A stretch of 64,000 nucleotides of DNA from positions 64,001-128,000 of the forward strand of contig CAXMWX010000007.1 of NCBI GenBank assembly GCA_963422205.2. Direction: 5' to 3'. The notes under the pieces are model-generated. The model did not search any database and had not been told where the DNA came from. It was given only the letters and a program-made list of their open reading frames with translations. Positions 10,492 to 21,195 of this stretch are shown here, in pieces (positions within the stretch are counted from its first letter, which is position 1; every line of letters starts with the position of its first letter). This DNA is from Gammaproteobacteria bacterium. Lineage in GTDB: Bacteria > Pseudomonadota > Gammaproteobacteria > Eutrophobiales > Eutrophobiaceae. The position numbers were made by a program, and so were the translations under genes.

Positions 10492-11238
10492 ATGACACAG
10501 GAAAAACAAACACAAGACCAACCGGCCTGGTCAAAAGATGAGTTTGAGCAGCAGTTGCGTGCCAAGGAAAAATACTATCACATCAATCATCCTTTTCATG
10601 TGTTGATGAACACGGGCAAACTGGACAAGGCCGCAATTCAGGGGTGGGTGGCCAATCGCTATTATTATCAGACCACCATTCCGGTAAAAGATGCCGCCAT
10701 CATGGCCAACTGCCGTGACCGGGATGTGCGCCGTGCCTGGGTGCAGCGCATCATTGACCATGACGGCACGGCGGGCGAGGATGGCGGTATCGAAGCCTGG
10801 TTGCAGTTAGGCGAGGCCGTGGGATTGAGCCGAGAGGAGTTGATTTCTGAAGAGCATGTCCTGCCCGGCGTGCGCTTTGCGATTGATGCGTACTACCACT
10901 TTGCCCGAACGGCCACCTGGCAGGAGGCGGCCTGTTCTTCACTCACCGAGTTGTTTGCCCCCAAAATTCACCAGCGGCGGCTGGAGAACTGGCCTGAACA
11001 CTACACCTGGATTGATGAGAAGGGCTACAGCTACTTCCGCAAGCGCCTGGGCGAGGCACGCCGTGATGTGGCGCATGGCCTTGAGATCACGCTGGATTAT
11101 TTCAAGAGCCGTGCCGAACAAGAGCGCGGCCTGACCATCCTGCAACTGAAACTGGACATTCTGTGGGCGATGCTGGATGCCATGTGGCTGGCCTATATCG
11201 AGAAAAAACCGCCGTATGATTGTGTTGATCATGGCTGA
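10492..11238 (+). CDS. pqqC: Pyrroloquinoline-quinone synthase
   Basis: [53 protein letters not shown]. Confidence 0.96.
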   Translation: MTQEKQTQDQPAWSKDEFEQQLRAKEKYYHINHPFHVLMNTGKLDKAAIQGWVANRYYYQTTIPVKDAAIMANCRDRDVRRAWVQRIIDHDGTAGEDGGIEAWLQLGEAVGLSREELISEEHVLPGVRFAIDAYYHFARTATWQEAACSSLTELFAPKIHQRRLENWPEHYTWIDEKGYSYFRKRLGEARRDVAHGLEITLDYFKSRAEQERGLTILQLKLDILWAMLDAMWLAYIEKKPPYDCVDHG

Positions 11239-11494
11239 TCAGATCCCGGAATTTGCGCCCACCTTTCGCTTTCAATGGGAAGCGGCACAGAACTGCCATG
11301 TCGTGTTGTATCCTGAAGGCATGGTGAAATTGAGCCAAAGCGCCGAGGAGATATTGAAGCGTTGTGACGGCCAGCACACCACAGCCGAGATCATCGCCGA
11401 GTTGCAGCAGGCGTTTAACGAGCAGGACTTGAAAAACGAGATAGAACACTTCATTGAACAGGCGATAAAAAATGGCTGGATTAGATATAAATAA
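11231..11494 (+). CDS. pqqD: PqqA-binding chaperone
   Basis: [29 protein letters not shown]; lies between pqqC and pqqE. Confidence 0.94.
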   Translation: MADQIPEFAPTFRFQWEAAQNCHVVLYPEGMVKLSQSAEEILKRCDGQHTTAEIIAELQQAFNEQDLKNEIEHFIEQAIKNGWIRYK

Positions 11495-12614
11495 TGGCAA
11501 ACCCCTGTGGCTGCTGGCGGAGTTGACCTACCGCTGCCCGCTACAGTGTCCGTATTGTTCCAACCCGGTTGAGATCGCCAACTATGATAACGAACTGACT
11601 ACCGAGGACTGGCTCAGGGTAATGCGCGAGGCGCGAGAGATGGGCGCAACACAACTGGGTTTCTCCGGTGGCGAGCCGCTGGTGCGTCGGGATTTGGAAG
11701 AGTTGATTGCAGAAGCCCGGCGTTTGGGTTTTTATACCAACCTCATCACTTCCGGTGTCGGCATGGATGAAGCCAGAGTGAAAGCCTTTAAAGATGCAGG
11801 ACTGGATCACATTCAAATCAGTTTTCAGGCCAGCGATGAAGAGTTGAACAACTATCTGGGCGGCACCCGAAGTTTTCAACACAAGCAGGATATGGCCAGG
11901 GTAGTAAAAAAGTACGCATACCCTATGGTTCTCAATATCGTTTTGCATCGTAAGAACGTTGATCAAATCCGTGACATCCTGGACATGACGGTGGAGTTAA
12001 ATGCCGATTATGTGGAACTGGCCAGTACGCAATACTACGGCTGGTCACGGGTGAATGTGGAACACCTGTTGCCGAGCCGTGAACAACTTGAACAGGCAGA
12101 GCGCATCGCCAGGGAATATCAGCAGAAGATGCAAGACAGCATGAAGATCATCTATGTCATCCCCGATTATTTTGAAAACCGCCCCAAGGCCTGCATGAAT
12201 GGCTGGGGAGCGATATTTTTAACCATCGCCCCGGATGGCAGCGCCCTACCCTGTCATGCCGCCGCCCAGTTGCCCGGTCTTACATTTCCCAATGTAAAAA
12301 ATCACAGTATTGAAGAGATATGGAATGAATCGGACACGTTCAACAAATTCCGTGGCTTTGACTGGATGCAGGAGCCGTGCAAAAGCTGTCCGGAAAAGGA
12401 AAAAGACTTCGGCGGCTGCCGGTGCCAGGCTTATATGCTGACTGGCGATGCTGCCAATGCGGATCCGGTGTGCGATAAATCCCCTTACCATCAGCAGCTG
12501 CACGATGAGGTTGAGCGTATCGGCAGGCTGGCCACAGAGCAACGGGCAGAGGCGAAACCGCTGATATTTCGCAACATGAAAAATTCGAAAAAAATCATCC
12601 AGGAGGCCGTCTAG
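11472..12614 (+). CDS. pqqE: Radical SAM/SPASM PqqA peptide cyclase
   Basis: [42 protein letters not shown]. Confidence 0.96.
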   Translation: MAGLDINNGKPLWLLAELTYRCPLQCPYCSNPVEIANYDNELTTEDWLRVMREAREMGATQLGFSGGEPLVRRDLEELIAEARRLGFYTNLITSGVGMDEARVKAFKDAGLDHIQISFQASDEELNNYLGGTRSFQHKQDMARVVKKYAYPMVLNIVLHRKNVDQIRDILDMTVELNADYVELASTQYYGWSRVNVEHLLPSREQLEQAERIAREYQQKMQDSMKIIYVIPDYFENRPKACMNGWGAIFLTIAPDGSALPCHAAAQLPGLTFPNVKNHSIEEIWNESDTFNKFRGFDWMQEPCKSCPEKEKDFGGCRCQAYMLTGDAANADPVCDKSPYHQQLHDEVERIGRLATEQRAEAKPLIFRNMKNSKKIIQEAV

Positions 12615-13449
12615 CCAGGAGAGTTTCCCCAGAGCAGTCTTTGAGCGCAAGGGCAACATCGCGCGCCTGCCGGTTGTGCTTGATGTCATGCACGCGGAGG
12701 ATTGCCACGCCAGCAGAGGTTGCCAGTGCGGTTGTGGCACAGGTCGCACCGAGCAGTTCGCGGGAGTCCCCTACATCACAAATCGAACCCATGAAGCGTT
12801 TGCGGCTGGCGCCCAGCAGCACGGCATAGGGCGTATCGACAAATTCCTGCAAGTTAGCGATCAAGTGCAGGTTATGCTGCTTCGTTTTACCAAAACCAAT
12901 GCCCGGATCGATGATAATATTTTCTGCCTTGACGCCGGCCGCCATGGCCGCCTCCGCACGTGCCAGAAGATACGCCTTTACCTCGGCCACCACATCGGTG
13001 TACTGCGGATGATCCTGCATGGTGCCCGGCTCGCCCTGCATGTGCATCATGACCAAAGGCAAGCCGGCATCGGCGGCCAGCGATAACATCGCCGCATCCT
13101 CGGTAGCCGCCGAGACATCATTGATCATGGTCGCCCCCTGCCGGATTGCACCCGCAGCCACTTCAGCCGATGTTGTGTCGATGCTGATGGGATACTGTGC
13201 TGGCAGCCTTGCTTTTAGCATCTCTAACACCGGTAACACGCGCTGTAATTGCTCCGCCGCACTCACTCTGGCCGCCCCCGGTCGGGTGGACTCACCGCCA
13301 ATATCGATAATATCAGCCCCTTGATCGATCATGTCCATGGCATGTGTAACCGCCCTGTCAACATCTGCGAAGGCCCCGCCATCGGAGAAGCTATCCGGCG
13401 TGACATTCAAAATGCCCATCAGCAGGGGCGATCTGGCAAGATCACGCAT
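12595..13449 (-). CDS. folP: Dihydropteroate synthase
   Basis: [47 protein letters not shown]. Confidence 0.96.
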   Translation of the reverse strand: MRDLARSPLLMGILNVTPDSFSDGGAFADVDRAVTHAMDMIDQGADIIDIGGESTRPGAARVSAAEQLQRVLPVLEMLKARLPAQYPISIDTTSAEVAAGAIRQGATMINDVSAATEDAAMLSLAADAGLPLVMMHMQGEPGTMQDHPQYTDVVAEVKAYLLARAEAAMAAGVKAENIIIDPGIGFGKTKQHNLHLIANLQEFVDTPYAVLLGASRKRFMGSICDVGDSRELLGATCATTALATSAGVAILRVHDIKHNRQARDVALALKDCSGETLLARRPPG

Positions 13450-13457
13450 GGAACAGA

Positions 13458-14423
13458 TCAGGCATGGTGCAATACGGCCGCCATTTCATCGGTGGCAGTG
13501 ATCAAGGCATCCACCATGGCCGGTTCACCTGCCAGATGTCCGCCGTCTTTGATGATTCTGAGTGATGAGCCGGGCAGCTTTTTATGTAATGACCAGGCGG
13601 CCTCGGGCAGGCAAGTCATATCCTTGCGGCCATGAATGATGATCGCCGGCACATCCGGCAGGTAATCGCTGTGGCGCAATAGCTGGTCGGGGGCAAGAAA
13701 ATACCGGTGTTTTGCATAATGGGTTTCTATCTTGACCTCATGCACCTGGGTCGTGATGTCTTCGGGTGCAGCGCTGTTTATTTCCCTGTCGGCTAACATC
13801 CAGGTGACGGTACGCATTGCCCATGCAGCCCAACTGGCCGCGGCCTGCTGCTGTGTGTGTTTATCATCGCCGTGCATGCGCCGATGATAGGCGGCGATAA
13901 GATCATCACGTTCAGCTGCCGGTATGATGCTGATGAAGTCTTCCCAGAAATCGGGAAAGATATGACTGGCACCGCGCTTGATAAACCAGTCGAGATCCTG
14001 CTGGCGGGCGAGAAATGTGCCGCGCAGGATCAGGCCGCTGACATGTTGCGGATGGGTTTGTGCGTACAACAGCGCCAACGCTGCCCCCCAGGAGCCGCCG
14101 AAGAGTAACCACTTGTCGATGCGAAGTTCCCGCCGGATTCGCTCCATGTCGGCGATTAGATCTTGGCTGGTGTTCTCTTGACATTCGCCTTGCGGCGTTG
14201 AGCGATGGCAGCCACGCTGATCAAAGATAATGATGCGGTATTTGTCGGGATTAAAATAACGCCGATGGTTTTCATTGCAGCCAGACCCCGGGCCGCCATG
14301 CAGAAAGATGACCGGGATCCCGGCCGGGTTGCCGCTCTCCTCCACATAGATGCGATGTAACTCGCCCGCATCTAACCGCCAGGTCTGCGCTGCACACAGC
14401 GCTGGATAGAGTTCACGCCCCAT
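13458..14423 (-). CDS. pip: Proline iminopeptidase
   Basis: FLHGGPGSG, FDQRGC, FGGSWG nucleophile motif, LILRGTF. Confidence 0.93.
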   Translation of the reverse strand: MGRELYPALCAAQTWRLDAGELHRIYVEESGNPAGIPVIFLHGGPGSGCNENHRRYFNPDKYRIIIFDQRGCHRSTPQGECQENTSQDLIADMERIRRELRIDKWLLFGGSWGAALALLYAQTHPQHVSGLILRGTFLARQQDLDWFIKRGASHIFPDFWEDFISIIPAAERDDLIAAYHRRMHGDDKHTQQQAAASWAAWAMRTVTWMLADREINSAAPEDITTQVHEVKIETHYAKHRYFLAPDQLLRHSDYLPDVPAIIIHGRKDMTCLPEAAWSLHKKLPGSSLRIIKDGGHLAGEPAMVDALITATDEMAAVLHHA

Positions 14424-14437
14424 AGCTCAAACGATCG

Positions 14438-15367
14438 CTATATATCGCTGAGAATTTCCCTGCGCCTTCGCTGATATTCTTCGGTAGAGATCAACTGCTT
14501 GTCCAGCAAAGCCTTTAACGTCAGCAATCTTTGTTCCACCGAGGCAGGTTGCTGGCCGCCGCCCGCCTGCTGCATTTCCTTACGCATGCGCGCCATCTCC
14601 AGCCGCAGCGCACGCCGCTCCCGGGCTAATCTCGCCGCCTCCGCCTGCACCAATGCCTGGGCCGGATCCTCAGCTATCTCGCTCGCCTGTTCTGCCAGAT
14701 AGGCCGCAGCCGCCACTGGCACATCGATCGTTATCCAGTCGTTACGCTCCTTGCTGCCGCCTTCCTGGTGGACGCTGACGCCATCGCTGGCGATAATCTC
14801 GCCCTTGAAATCGGATTTTCTGGCGCGCCGCCCCACCTTGAAATACTGTTTAACGTCCGTTACCCCGGCGCTCTGCTGTGCGCGCTCCTTGAACCTGTCA
14901 CCCTGGCTGTCGTAATCACCGATAATCAACTGCAATCTGCCATCCAGATAAAAAGCCCGCCCACCGGTGAACTTGGTATTCCTCACCAGCAGGTATTTCC
15001 GCTCCAAACGCGCCAGCACGAAGACAATATCCTGATTAGCCCTGGCGGTACGCAGGCCAGCGCTGAGGTACTGACCCAGCAGGCGGCATTGCTGAATGGA
15101 AAGCAACGCCCCCGGCTTATCATCGGCAAAGAAACCGCTGCCGTAATAGACCTGTAGGGATTGCAGGGCTTGGGTGATCTGCTCGGCATTCAGGGCGACC
15201 GGGTGCTGGTTCGGCGGCGTATCCGCTCGCCTGGATTTATCCTGCTTGACCAGCTTGATGTACAGATTAACGCCAGATTTCCATAAAACATGGTCGGCCT
15301 GTACAGTACTGGTAACAAACGTACTGATAATCAGGATCAGAAGGGGTGTGGTTAGCCGGTTCCTCAT
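14438..15367 (-). CDS. Secreted hypothetical protein with C-terminal SHOCT-like domain
   Basis: Signal peptide (VQA); C-terminal VEQRLLTLKALLDKQLISTEEYQRRRREILSDI. Confidence 0.7.
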   Translation of the reverse strand: MRNRLTTPLLILIISTFVTSTVQADHVLWKSGVNLYIKLVKQDKSRRADTPPNQHPVALNAEQITQALQSLQVYYGSGFFADDKPGALLSIQQCRLLGQYLSAGLRTARANQDIVFVLARLERKYLLVRNTKFTGGRAFYLDGRLQLIIGDYDSQGDRFKERAQQSAGVTDVKQYFKVGRRARKSDFKGEIIASDGVSVHQEGGSKERNDWITIDVPVAAAAYLAEQASEIAEDPAQALVQAEAARLARERRALRLEMARMRKEMQQAGGGQQPASVEQRLLTLKALLDKQLISTEEYQRRRREILSDI

Positions 15368-15431
15368 TATTATTGAAGCATATCGTCAACTGGAAATTAC
15401 GGTTCTTGTGGCAAAATGGTTACTTAACCCT

Positions 15432-16247
15432 TCAATATCTAGGGTCTACTATCAATCGTTTGAATAATGACACCAACCTGTTTCTTTCAGATACAGTTAG
15501 AGAATTATCTACGTCAATTCTCTTGAGCAAATATTTCTCAAGCACCCAGTATGCCGAATAGGCATCCTTTTCATTCGCTTCACCTCCATCAAGATCGAGT
15601 AGCAACATTCTGTCTCTCATAACATTGTCGCCAGTACCACCAAGTCGTCTGAAATGATAGGCAATACCATTATCGCTCAAAAGATCATTGGAAAACACAT
15701 AGATATTATTCTTTAACCGACTACTATTACTCCCCTCTTCTTCCCGCAAATTTATCATGGAGGCAAACGAATCAACACTTCTGCCTTCTTTGCATACTAT
15801 CTCTTTAGTCACTTCAATGTTGTTACTGTTATTGTTACTGCCGAACAAACCATAAAAACTCTGATAAGCATACCGGCGATCTTTAGGAAAAACCCAAACC
15901 GACCCATTAATCTGAACAGGCAGGAATTTCTTAAAAAATCCTGGGCTTTCCACATTGACAAGGATTGGTTGTGATCGGCATTCTTTGGTTAGCTTTTCCT
16001 GTAATTTCTCAGGATCCGAAACCATAGCCCAGAGTTTATTTAGGAATGAATAAACCTGTTCATCAACACTTTCACTTTTTTCCCCAGGCAATTTTACAGG
16101 CATATAATCGGATTGGACTATAATTCGAACATACACACTTTCCTCAATTTTTCTTACGTCCTCTCCTGATTTTGCTATAATTCCCCCTCGCCACTTCCAT
16201 TGATTATCAACATCGTATGGATATTGCACTTTATAAAAATCAAACAC
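15432..16247 (-). CDS. Hypothetical protein (AT-rich; possibly the C-terminal part of the upstream ORF)
   Basis: 271-aa ORF with no motif recognised; 8-nt overlap with the upstream ORF. Confidence 0.5.
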   Translation of the reverse strand: MFDFYKVQYPYDVDNQWKWRGGIIAKSGEDVRKIEESVYVRIIVQSDYMPVKLPGEKSESVDEQVYSFLNKLWAMVSDPEKLQEKLTKECRSQPILVNVESPGFFKKFLPVQINGSVWVFPKDRRYAYQSFYGLFGSNNNSNNIEVTKEIVCKEGRSVDSFASMINLREEEGSNSSRLKNNIYVFSNDLLSDNGIAYHFRRLGGTGDNVMRDRMLLLDLDGGEANEKDAYSAYWVLEKYLLKRIDVDNSLTVSERNRLVSLFKRLIVDPRY

Positions 16248-16848
16248 CCCAAACCCCGGAGGTTTCTATTTGCAACGGCTGAGCGTCTTTTGATATTGTA
16301 ACCGGCAGCGAACTGGTTCGAGAAATATAGGTAATTGGATTTTCGCTTCTCGCCTGTTTGCCATTTGGCGTTACATCTAGCCTAAAAATAGGAACGCCTT
16401 TTCCGATAGCAGAGCGGGGAACGACGATAGACATGCTACCATCACACTGAATTTGACCATTATAATCCTGAAACCATTGTTTAATTCGCTTGGCCTCAGA
16501 TTGTCTTACCCAACCATGGTAACCATTAGATGCGGTAAATTTTAAGTATGGTACTTTGCTGCCGTGGTCAGTAGTACATCTGGCGTATTTGAAACCCCCA
16601 CATTGCTCACCGCGGCGATATTTCCTATCAATCGACAACAAAGTGCCTTTTGGCAAATATCCTTCACGTTTATAGGTACTCTCAGACAGATAGAAAGTCC
16701 CACCGTCTTGTCCGGGCGGTAAAACAACAAATACATTCTCACATGAGCCAGCCCATGTTGAATTTTGCCATCCAATCACGACAAGCATTCCACCAAATAT
16801 AAGCGTCTTAAAGCGATTCAAAATAGTGTTCATATTATCTTTTCCCAC
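16240..16848 (-). CDS. Hypothetical secreted protein (AT-rich)
   Basis: Signal-peptide-like N-terminus, several Cys, YLKFTASNGYHGWV reminiscent of an SH3b strand. Confidence 0.5.
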   Translation of the reverse strand: MGKDNMNTILNRFKTLIFGGMLVVIGWQNSTWAGSCENVFVVLPPGQDGGTFYLSESTYKREGYLPKGTLLSIDRKYRRGEQCGGFKYARCTTDHGSKVPYLKFTASNGYHGWVRQSEAKRIKQWFQDYNGQIQCDGSMSIVVPRSAIGKGVPIFRLDVTPNGKQARSENPITYISRTSSLPVTISKDAQPLQIETSGVWGV

Positions 16849-16951
16849 TAATTAGTAAACAGTATTAAAGCGCATTCCCTCGGGTTTTATAAGCCCAAAA
16901 ACAAAAATAACTCATATAGTTTTATGCTTCCATCCTTACAAAGAGATAAAC

Positions 16952-16978
16952 AAAAAAGGCGCACACTGTGCGCCTTTT
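16952..16978 (-). terminator. Rho-independent terminator downstream of the porin
   Basis: AAAAGGCGCAC-ACT-GTGCGCCTTTT stem with a T-tract on each strand. Confidence 0.85.
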
Positions 16979-17012
16979 GAGTAACACTCAACTGCTTGCT
17001 ACTTACCCCCGC

Positions 17013-18314
17013 CTACCACAGCAGAAAACCGCCGATAGAGAAGGTATCAGCGTCAGCGATACCAAGCTGAGTGCTTTCATAATTGCTGTATTCAGCGATC
17101 ACTTTCAACCATGAGTTGACGTCATGATAGACACCGACTGTCCACAGCCTGTTTTCGACTTCCGGGTTGATGGCATCGGCATCCTGTTCTGACTTGCCAT
17201 AGGTCACGCCCAGGAGGGTGGTGCCATTGAACTTGTAGCCGGTCTGGATGTAATAGCCATCGTTGTCGGCTTCCTGGCAACTGGTCGTATCGCAGCCAAA
17301 GCCATTTCCGCCACCCGCATTGAAAAACAAGGTGCCCAGCGCTTCGCCAGTGTAGTAATGGCCTGAGACGTTAAATCCACCCGCATTGATTTCCGCACCA
17401 ATGTTCACGCCGACCGATTCAATATCGCCGGTAGCACCGGGGACAGCAGCCGCTGTGGGCCGTACGCCAGTAACAGCAAGACTTGGCGCTGGCCCTACGC
17501 TGACCTCACCCGGATCAGCCGCCGTACCGGGGCTTGAGGTAATCTCTTGTTCCTGCCACAACACGCTGCCCCAGATAGAGAAGCTGCCGCCCTCAAAATC
17601 GCTCTTGTAGGTGGCCTCGGCCTGGAACTGCGGCGTATCGGTTTCTGCCGTAAAACCTGTGCCGCCGAGAGGCTCTTGCGGGTCAAAGATACCGACGGAC
17701 AGTTGGAAACCGTTCACCTCGGGGGTCTGATAGACAAAGCGGGTGCGAAAATCGGGATACACATAGCCAAAGCCGATGCGTCCCAGCGCCGTGCCGCCCC
17801 CGTCCGGGCCAGCCAGGGCGCCCACACCGAACAAGGTGTAGTCCTTCAGGATGTCCTGGCGCATGAACAGCGACAGCGTACGACCGACGCTGATGGTGCC
17901 AAAATCGCCTTCTACATTAAAAAACACCTCACGCATGTCGATGTTGGAACCTGTACCGAACAGGCCGGACTTGTTCAGGCGGCTGCCTTTCTCGCTGGAG
18001 GAGTCCACCGCAAAGGTGATCTGGCTGGTGCCTTTAAGCCCATTGACCTCCGGCGTCTTCACCGTCATGGTGTGAAATCCTGGCAGCAGACCCTCGTTCA
18101 AGTGGGCGCTGTCTTCGGTGCGACCGTCGGTATACTGAAAATCGCTTTGCGTATAGAACAGGTTGACAAAGCCGCCGTAGCTGACCTCCCAGCCGTCTTC
18201 ACCCCCCAGCACAACAGCGGCGTTGGCCGGTGTACCGAGGTGAACAAGCAGTGCCAACACCGCACATGTTCCGGTGCTTAAACGTGTGGCAAGTTTGGTG
18301 ATGTGGTGTTTCAT
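17013..18314 (-). CDS. Gram-negative porin
   Basis: Signal peptide, REVFFNVEGDFGTISVGRTLSLF, GRIGFGYVYPDF, amphipathic beta-strands, terminal aromatic (GGFLLW); AGGAG RBS before ATG 18314. Confidence 0.85.
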   Translation of the reverse strand: MKHHITKLATRLSTGTCAVLALLVHLGTPANAAVVLGGEDGWEVSYGGFVNLFYTQSDFQYTDGRTEDSAHLNEGLLPGFHTMTVKTPEVNGLKGTSQITFAVDSSSEKGSRLNKSGLFGTGSNIDMREVFFNVEGDFGTISVGRTLSLFMRQDILKDYTLFGVGALAGPDGGGTALGRIGFGYVYPDFRTRFVYQTPEVNGFQLSVGIFDPQEPLGGTGFTAETDTPQFQAEATYKSDFEGGSFSIWGSVLWQEQEITSSPGTAADPGEVSVGPAPSLAVTGVRPTAAAVPGATGDIESVGVNIGAEINAGGFNVSGHYYTGEALGTLFFNAGGGNGFGCDTTSCQEADNDGYYIQTGYKFNGTTLLGVTYGKSEQDADAINPEVENRLWTVGVYHDVNSWLKVIAEYSNYESTQLGIADADTFSIGGFLLW

Positions 18315-18463
18315 GTATTTTCTCCTCAAGATAAAAATGCCTGATTTTGCGTTGATTTTTATACCGCCGGGATTTCTTAAACCTAACAACCCATAACCTC
18401 TGAAAAACAGCCTCCCCAGCCTTGGCCCCGTGTCTTTACCATGACACAAATCCCGCCCATGGT

Positions 18464-18479
18464 TGCACTATGGGCGCCA
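18464..18479 (-). promoter_or_regulatory. Putative sigma-54 promoter of the porin
   Basis: Minus strand TGGCGCCCATAGTGCA, GG-N10-GC, about 150 nt upstream of the ATG. Confidence 0.45.
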
Positions 18480-18654
18480 TGCCTCGTCTCTTCTGCAAGA
18501 ACTGATGCGGATAGTACGATAAAAATCAACATCATTACAACTGAATAAAGACAATTCTGCAACAATTTTTTTGTCAGCCGACAATCTGTATTTTTTATGC
18601 AACATATTGATATTGGCCTGGTCATGACAGAGCCAAAAAGCACCGGTGCCAAAT

Positions 18655-18690
18655 GATTATCTGAATATCTTGGATTATCTGAATATCTTG
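18655..18690. repeat. Perfect 18-bp tandem duplication GATTATCTGAATATCTTG x2
   Basis: Read directly from the sequence. Confidence 0.9.
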
Positions 18691-18836
18691 CTCAACTCGC
18701 TGGCTTGCCTTCGATCATTGAACCAGCATGTCGCTTGTATGAAACCGCCACCACATTTCTCCCTGAGGTCACGCATTATCGCTTCAAGCGTGTGCTGCCC
18801 TGGCATCCGGCAAGCTGCAAGCATCAGATAAAATCT

Positions 18837-19241
18837 CTACTCGTAGAATCGCAGCACGAGCATCAAAAACCCCAGAATCCCTGTTATGCTGACAATAGTA
18901 TGCATCTGCGCCTGCTCAATGCGTCTGTTCAATCGCTCTTCCAAAGTCTCCATGTTGCCATTCAGGCGCTCTTCCAAAGTCTCAATCTTGCTATTCAGCT
19001 GCTTTTCCAAAGTCTCAATCTTGCTATTCAGGCGCTCTTCCAGAGTCTCCATCTTGCCATTCAGGCGCTTTTCCAGGGAGATCATATCGCCCCGCAAGGC
19101 CTTGATATCCTCCTTGGTGGCGAGGCGATCAGTGAGCAGAGTAGCGTATGTCTCAGCCAGCACCTCGGCCTGCTCAGTCATCATGCCTGCGCCGGTCAAA
19201 TCCTTGACGAATTTATGGGTATCAAAGGCCAGGCTGCTCAT
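18837..19241 (-). CDS. DUF1640/CCDC90-like coiled-coil protein with 11-aa repeats and C-terminal TM
   Basis: AFDTHKFVKDL..AG...QAE head, LATKEDI, five LEx(R/Q)LN-based 11-aa (33-bp) repeats, hydrophobic tail. Confidence 0.8.
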   Translation of the reverse strand: MSSLAFDTHKFVKDLTGAGMMTEQAEVLAETYATLLTDRLATKEDIKALRGDMISLEKRLNGKMETLEERLNSKIETLEKQLNSKIETLEERLNGNMETLEERLNRRIEQAQMHTIVSITGILGFLMLVLRFYE

Positions 19242-19288
19242 GGGCGAGAGTATATAAGAAGCAGTATAATTCGCGCAATTTTCACCGG

Positions 19289-19570
19289 CTACCCACCCCC
19301 CTTATGCAGGCAGAGTCTGAAACGGTCGATGAATTGCTGGTAATCCGCCTGGCTGTAGCCGTGAAACTCCAATGAAACGTCCGTCATGGGTAACTCCAGC
19401 AAGGCGATCTTCAGGCATGATTCGGGGCCCAGCCTGACACTTATCCGGCCTTTTTCGGTCTTGATAACCGCCCGGTTTGCTTGCCGTTGTATGCGATTCT
19501 CGCCCACCACCCGGGGCAGCAAACGAAAAAAATCCGCATGCGTGACCGACATTTGGCGTTCATAGCGCAT
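19289..19570 (-). CDS. Conserved small protein of AOR clusters
   Basis: MSVTHADFFRLLP ... FRLCLHKGGG; last gene of the aor run. Confidence 0.6.
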   Translation of the reverse strand: MRYERQMSVTHADFFRLLPRVVGENRIQRQANRAVIKTEKGRISVRLGPESCLKIALLELPMTDVSLEFHGYSQADYQQFIDRFRLCLHKGGG

Positions 19571-19595
19571 AGGCGCTGTCGTACTGGTCAACTCG

Positions 19596-19847
19596 CTAAC
19601 CACCAGCGACAGGCGGCCAGATGGCCAGCGTGTCCCCCTCGTTAAAGGTGCGCTGCGCCCGGTCCTCCGGTGCGATAAAGACGCCATTCACCAGCACCAG
19701 ATGCGCCAGCTCATCGGGCACCCGGTAGCGCTCAATCAATTCCCTGACGGTGGTCGTCTGTGTGATGCGTAACTGTATCTGATTGGCAACCGCATCCTCT
19801 GGCAGAAAATCGCCCAAAGAGGCATACAGCTTAAACGTGATGGTCAT
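19596..19847 (-). CDS. MoaD/ThiS-family sulfur carrier (AOR-associated)
   Basis: FKLYASL, HLVLVNG, EGDTLAIWPPVAGG. Confidence 0.9.
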   Translation of the reverse strand: MTITFKLYASLGDFLPEDAVANQIQLRITQTTTVRELIERYRVPDELAHLVLVNGVFIAPEDRAQRTFNEGDTLAIWPPVAGG

Positions 19848-19926
19848 GGCTGTGATGCTTATGGCAAGGACTACTGTCAACCCGCACAGGGGGTTTTGCA
19901 GTAATGATGGTTCACAACATCCTGGG

Positions 19927-21192
19927 TTAATTTAACACGGCAGCGTTATGGCCGACTGCCTGAGTCGCGCCCAGATAGGCCTCCATGATGCGGGTCGGGT
20001 CTTTGAGCAGGTGATCCTTCCACTTGCCCAGTTTCAGTTTGCCTTGGATAAGCCCGCGCAATACCCCAACATGATTGGTCAGCCCTAACGCCTGCGCGCC
20101 GACCAGCACATCATCCTGGAACTGCAAACTGAGATAACGATAACGTTGCTCATCGCTGAGTTCAGCCGACTCACCGCCATCCACACCCATCCACAAGCCG
20201 TAAGAGGTAGAGATCAAGCCTATGGTATCCAACACATTCATGTTCACACTGCCCTGATGCCGGATGTCACTGCCCGCCATATTCATGGCAGCGATGCGCC
20301 CATGATCAGCCGCTGTTGGCTGGATCGCCTGGACAGTAAACTCGCCGGTGGAAAAATCCTTGCCCTGACACACATCACCCGCGGCATAGACATCCTCATC
20401 GCTGCTTTGCAGGCGATCATTCACCAGTACGCCGAAATCCATTGCAAGACCGCTGCCTTCCAGAAATTGCGTATTCGCCTTCACTCCGGTGGCGGAAATC
20501 AACACATCAGCGGCCAGCACATCGCCGTTGTCCAGTGTCACATTCAAGCCATCGCCGCGCTCGGTAATGGCCTCGACTTTTGTCGAGGTAAGCACCTTGA
20601 TCCCCTTCGCCTCACACCATTTTTTGATCAAGCCGCCGGCCGCCTGGTTCATCATACGCGGCACCATACGATCTTCCATTTCAATCACGGTCAGACTAAC
20701 ACCACGCAAGGCCAGCGATTCCAGGATGATGCACCCAATAAAGCCCGCGCCCATCAGCACAACGCTGGCGCCTTCGGTGGCCTTGGCTGCGATGTTACGA
20801 CCATCTTCCAGCGTCCAGCAGGCATGAATATTCGGCAAGTCCATGCCGGGGATGGGGGGGCTGACCGGCTGCGAGCCGGTGGCGATCAGCAGCTTGTCAT
20901 AAGCCAGGGTAGCACCGGAAGCCAGATGCACCGTATGCTGCTTCGGGGCGAGCCCACTGACCATCTCCTGCAATACCTTGATTTGCCTGTCCCGGTAATG
21001 GCTGGCTGATTTACGCAGGTAAGTACCGCGCTCATCGATCTTATCGGTCAGATAATAGGGCAAGGCCATGCGTGAGTAAGGCGGCTCTTTCTCATCGCCC
21101 ACCAACGTGATCTCGCTGCCCGGATCAACCTTCGCCAGGGTCTCGGCAGCGATCACCCCGGCCGGCCCGGCGCCAATGATCATATAATTCAT
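19927..21192 (-). CDS. FAD-dependent NAD oxidoreductase subunit (AorC-like)
   Basis: IIGAGPAG, YDKLLIATGS, MGAGFIG, DVYAAGDV. Confidence 0.88.
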   Translation of the reverse strand: MNYMIIGAGPAGVIAAETLAKVDPGSEITLVGDEKEPPYSRMALPYYLTDKIDERGTYLRKSASHYRDRQIKVLQEMVSGLAPKQHTVHLASGATLAYDKLLIATGSQPVSPPIPGMDLPNIHACWTLEDGRNIAAKATEGASVVLMGAGFIGCIILESLALRGVSLTVIEMEDRMVPRMMNQAAGGLIKKWCEAKGIKVLTSTKVEAITERGDGLNVTLDNGDVLAADVLISATGVKANTQFLEGSGLAMDFGVLVNDRLQSSDEDVYAAGDVCQGKDFSTGEFTVQAIQPTAADHGRIAAMNMAGSDIRHQGSVNMNVLDTIGLISTSYGLWMGVDGGESAELSDEQRYRYLSLQFQDDVLVGAQALGLTNHVGVLRGLIQGKLKLGKWKDHLLKDPTRIMEAYLGATQAVGHNAAVLN

Positions 21193-21195
21193 TTA

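Noticed and set aside
18655-19100. Direct repeats as a possible CRISPR array
   Set aside because: The 18-bp duplication and the 33-bp coding repeats are contiguous, with no unique spacers and no cas genes
18705-19343. 212-aa plus-strand ORF with QSLxLAIQxLF repeats
   Set aside because: Antisense shadow of the DUF1640-like gene
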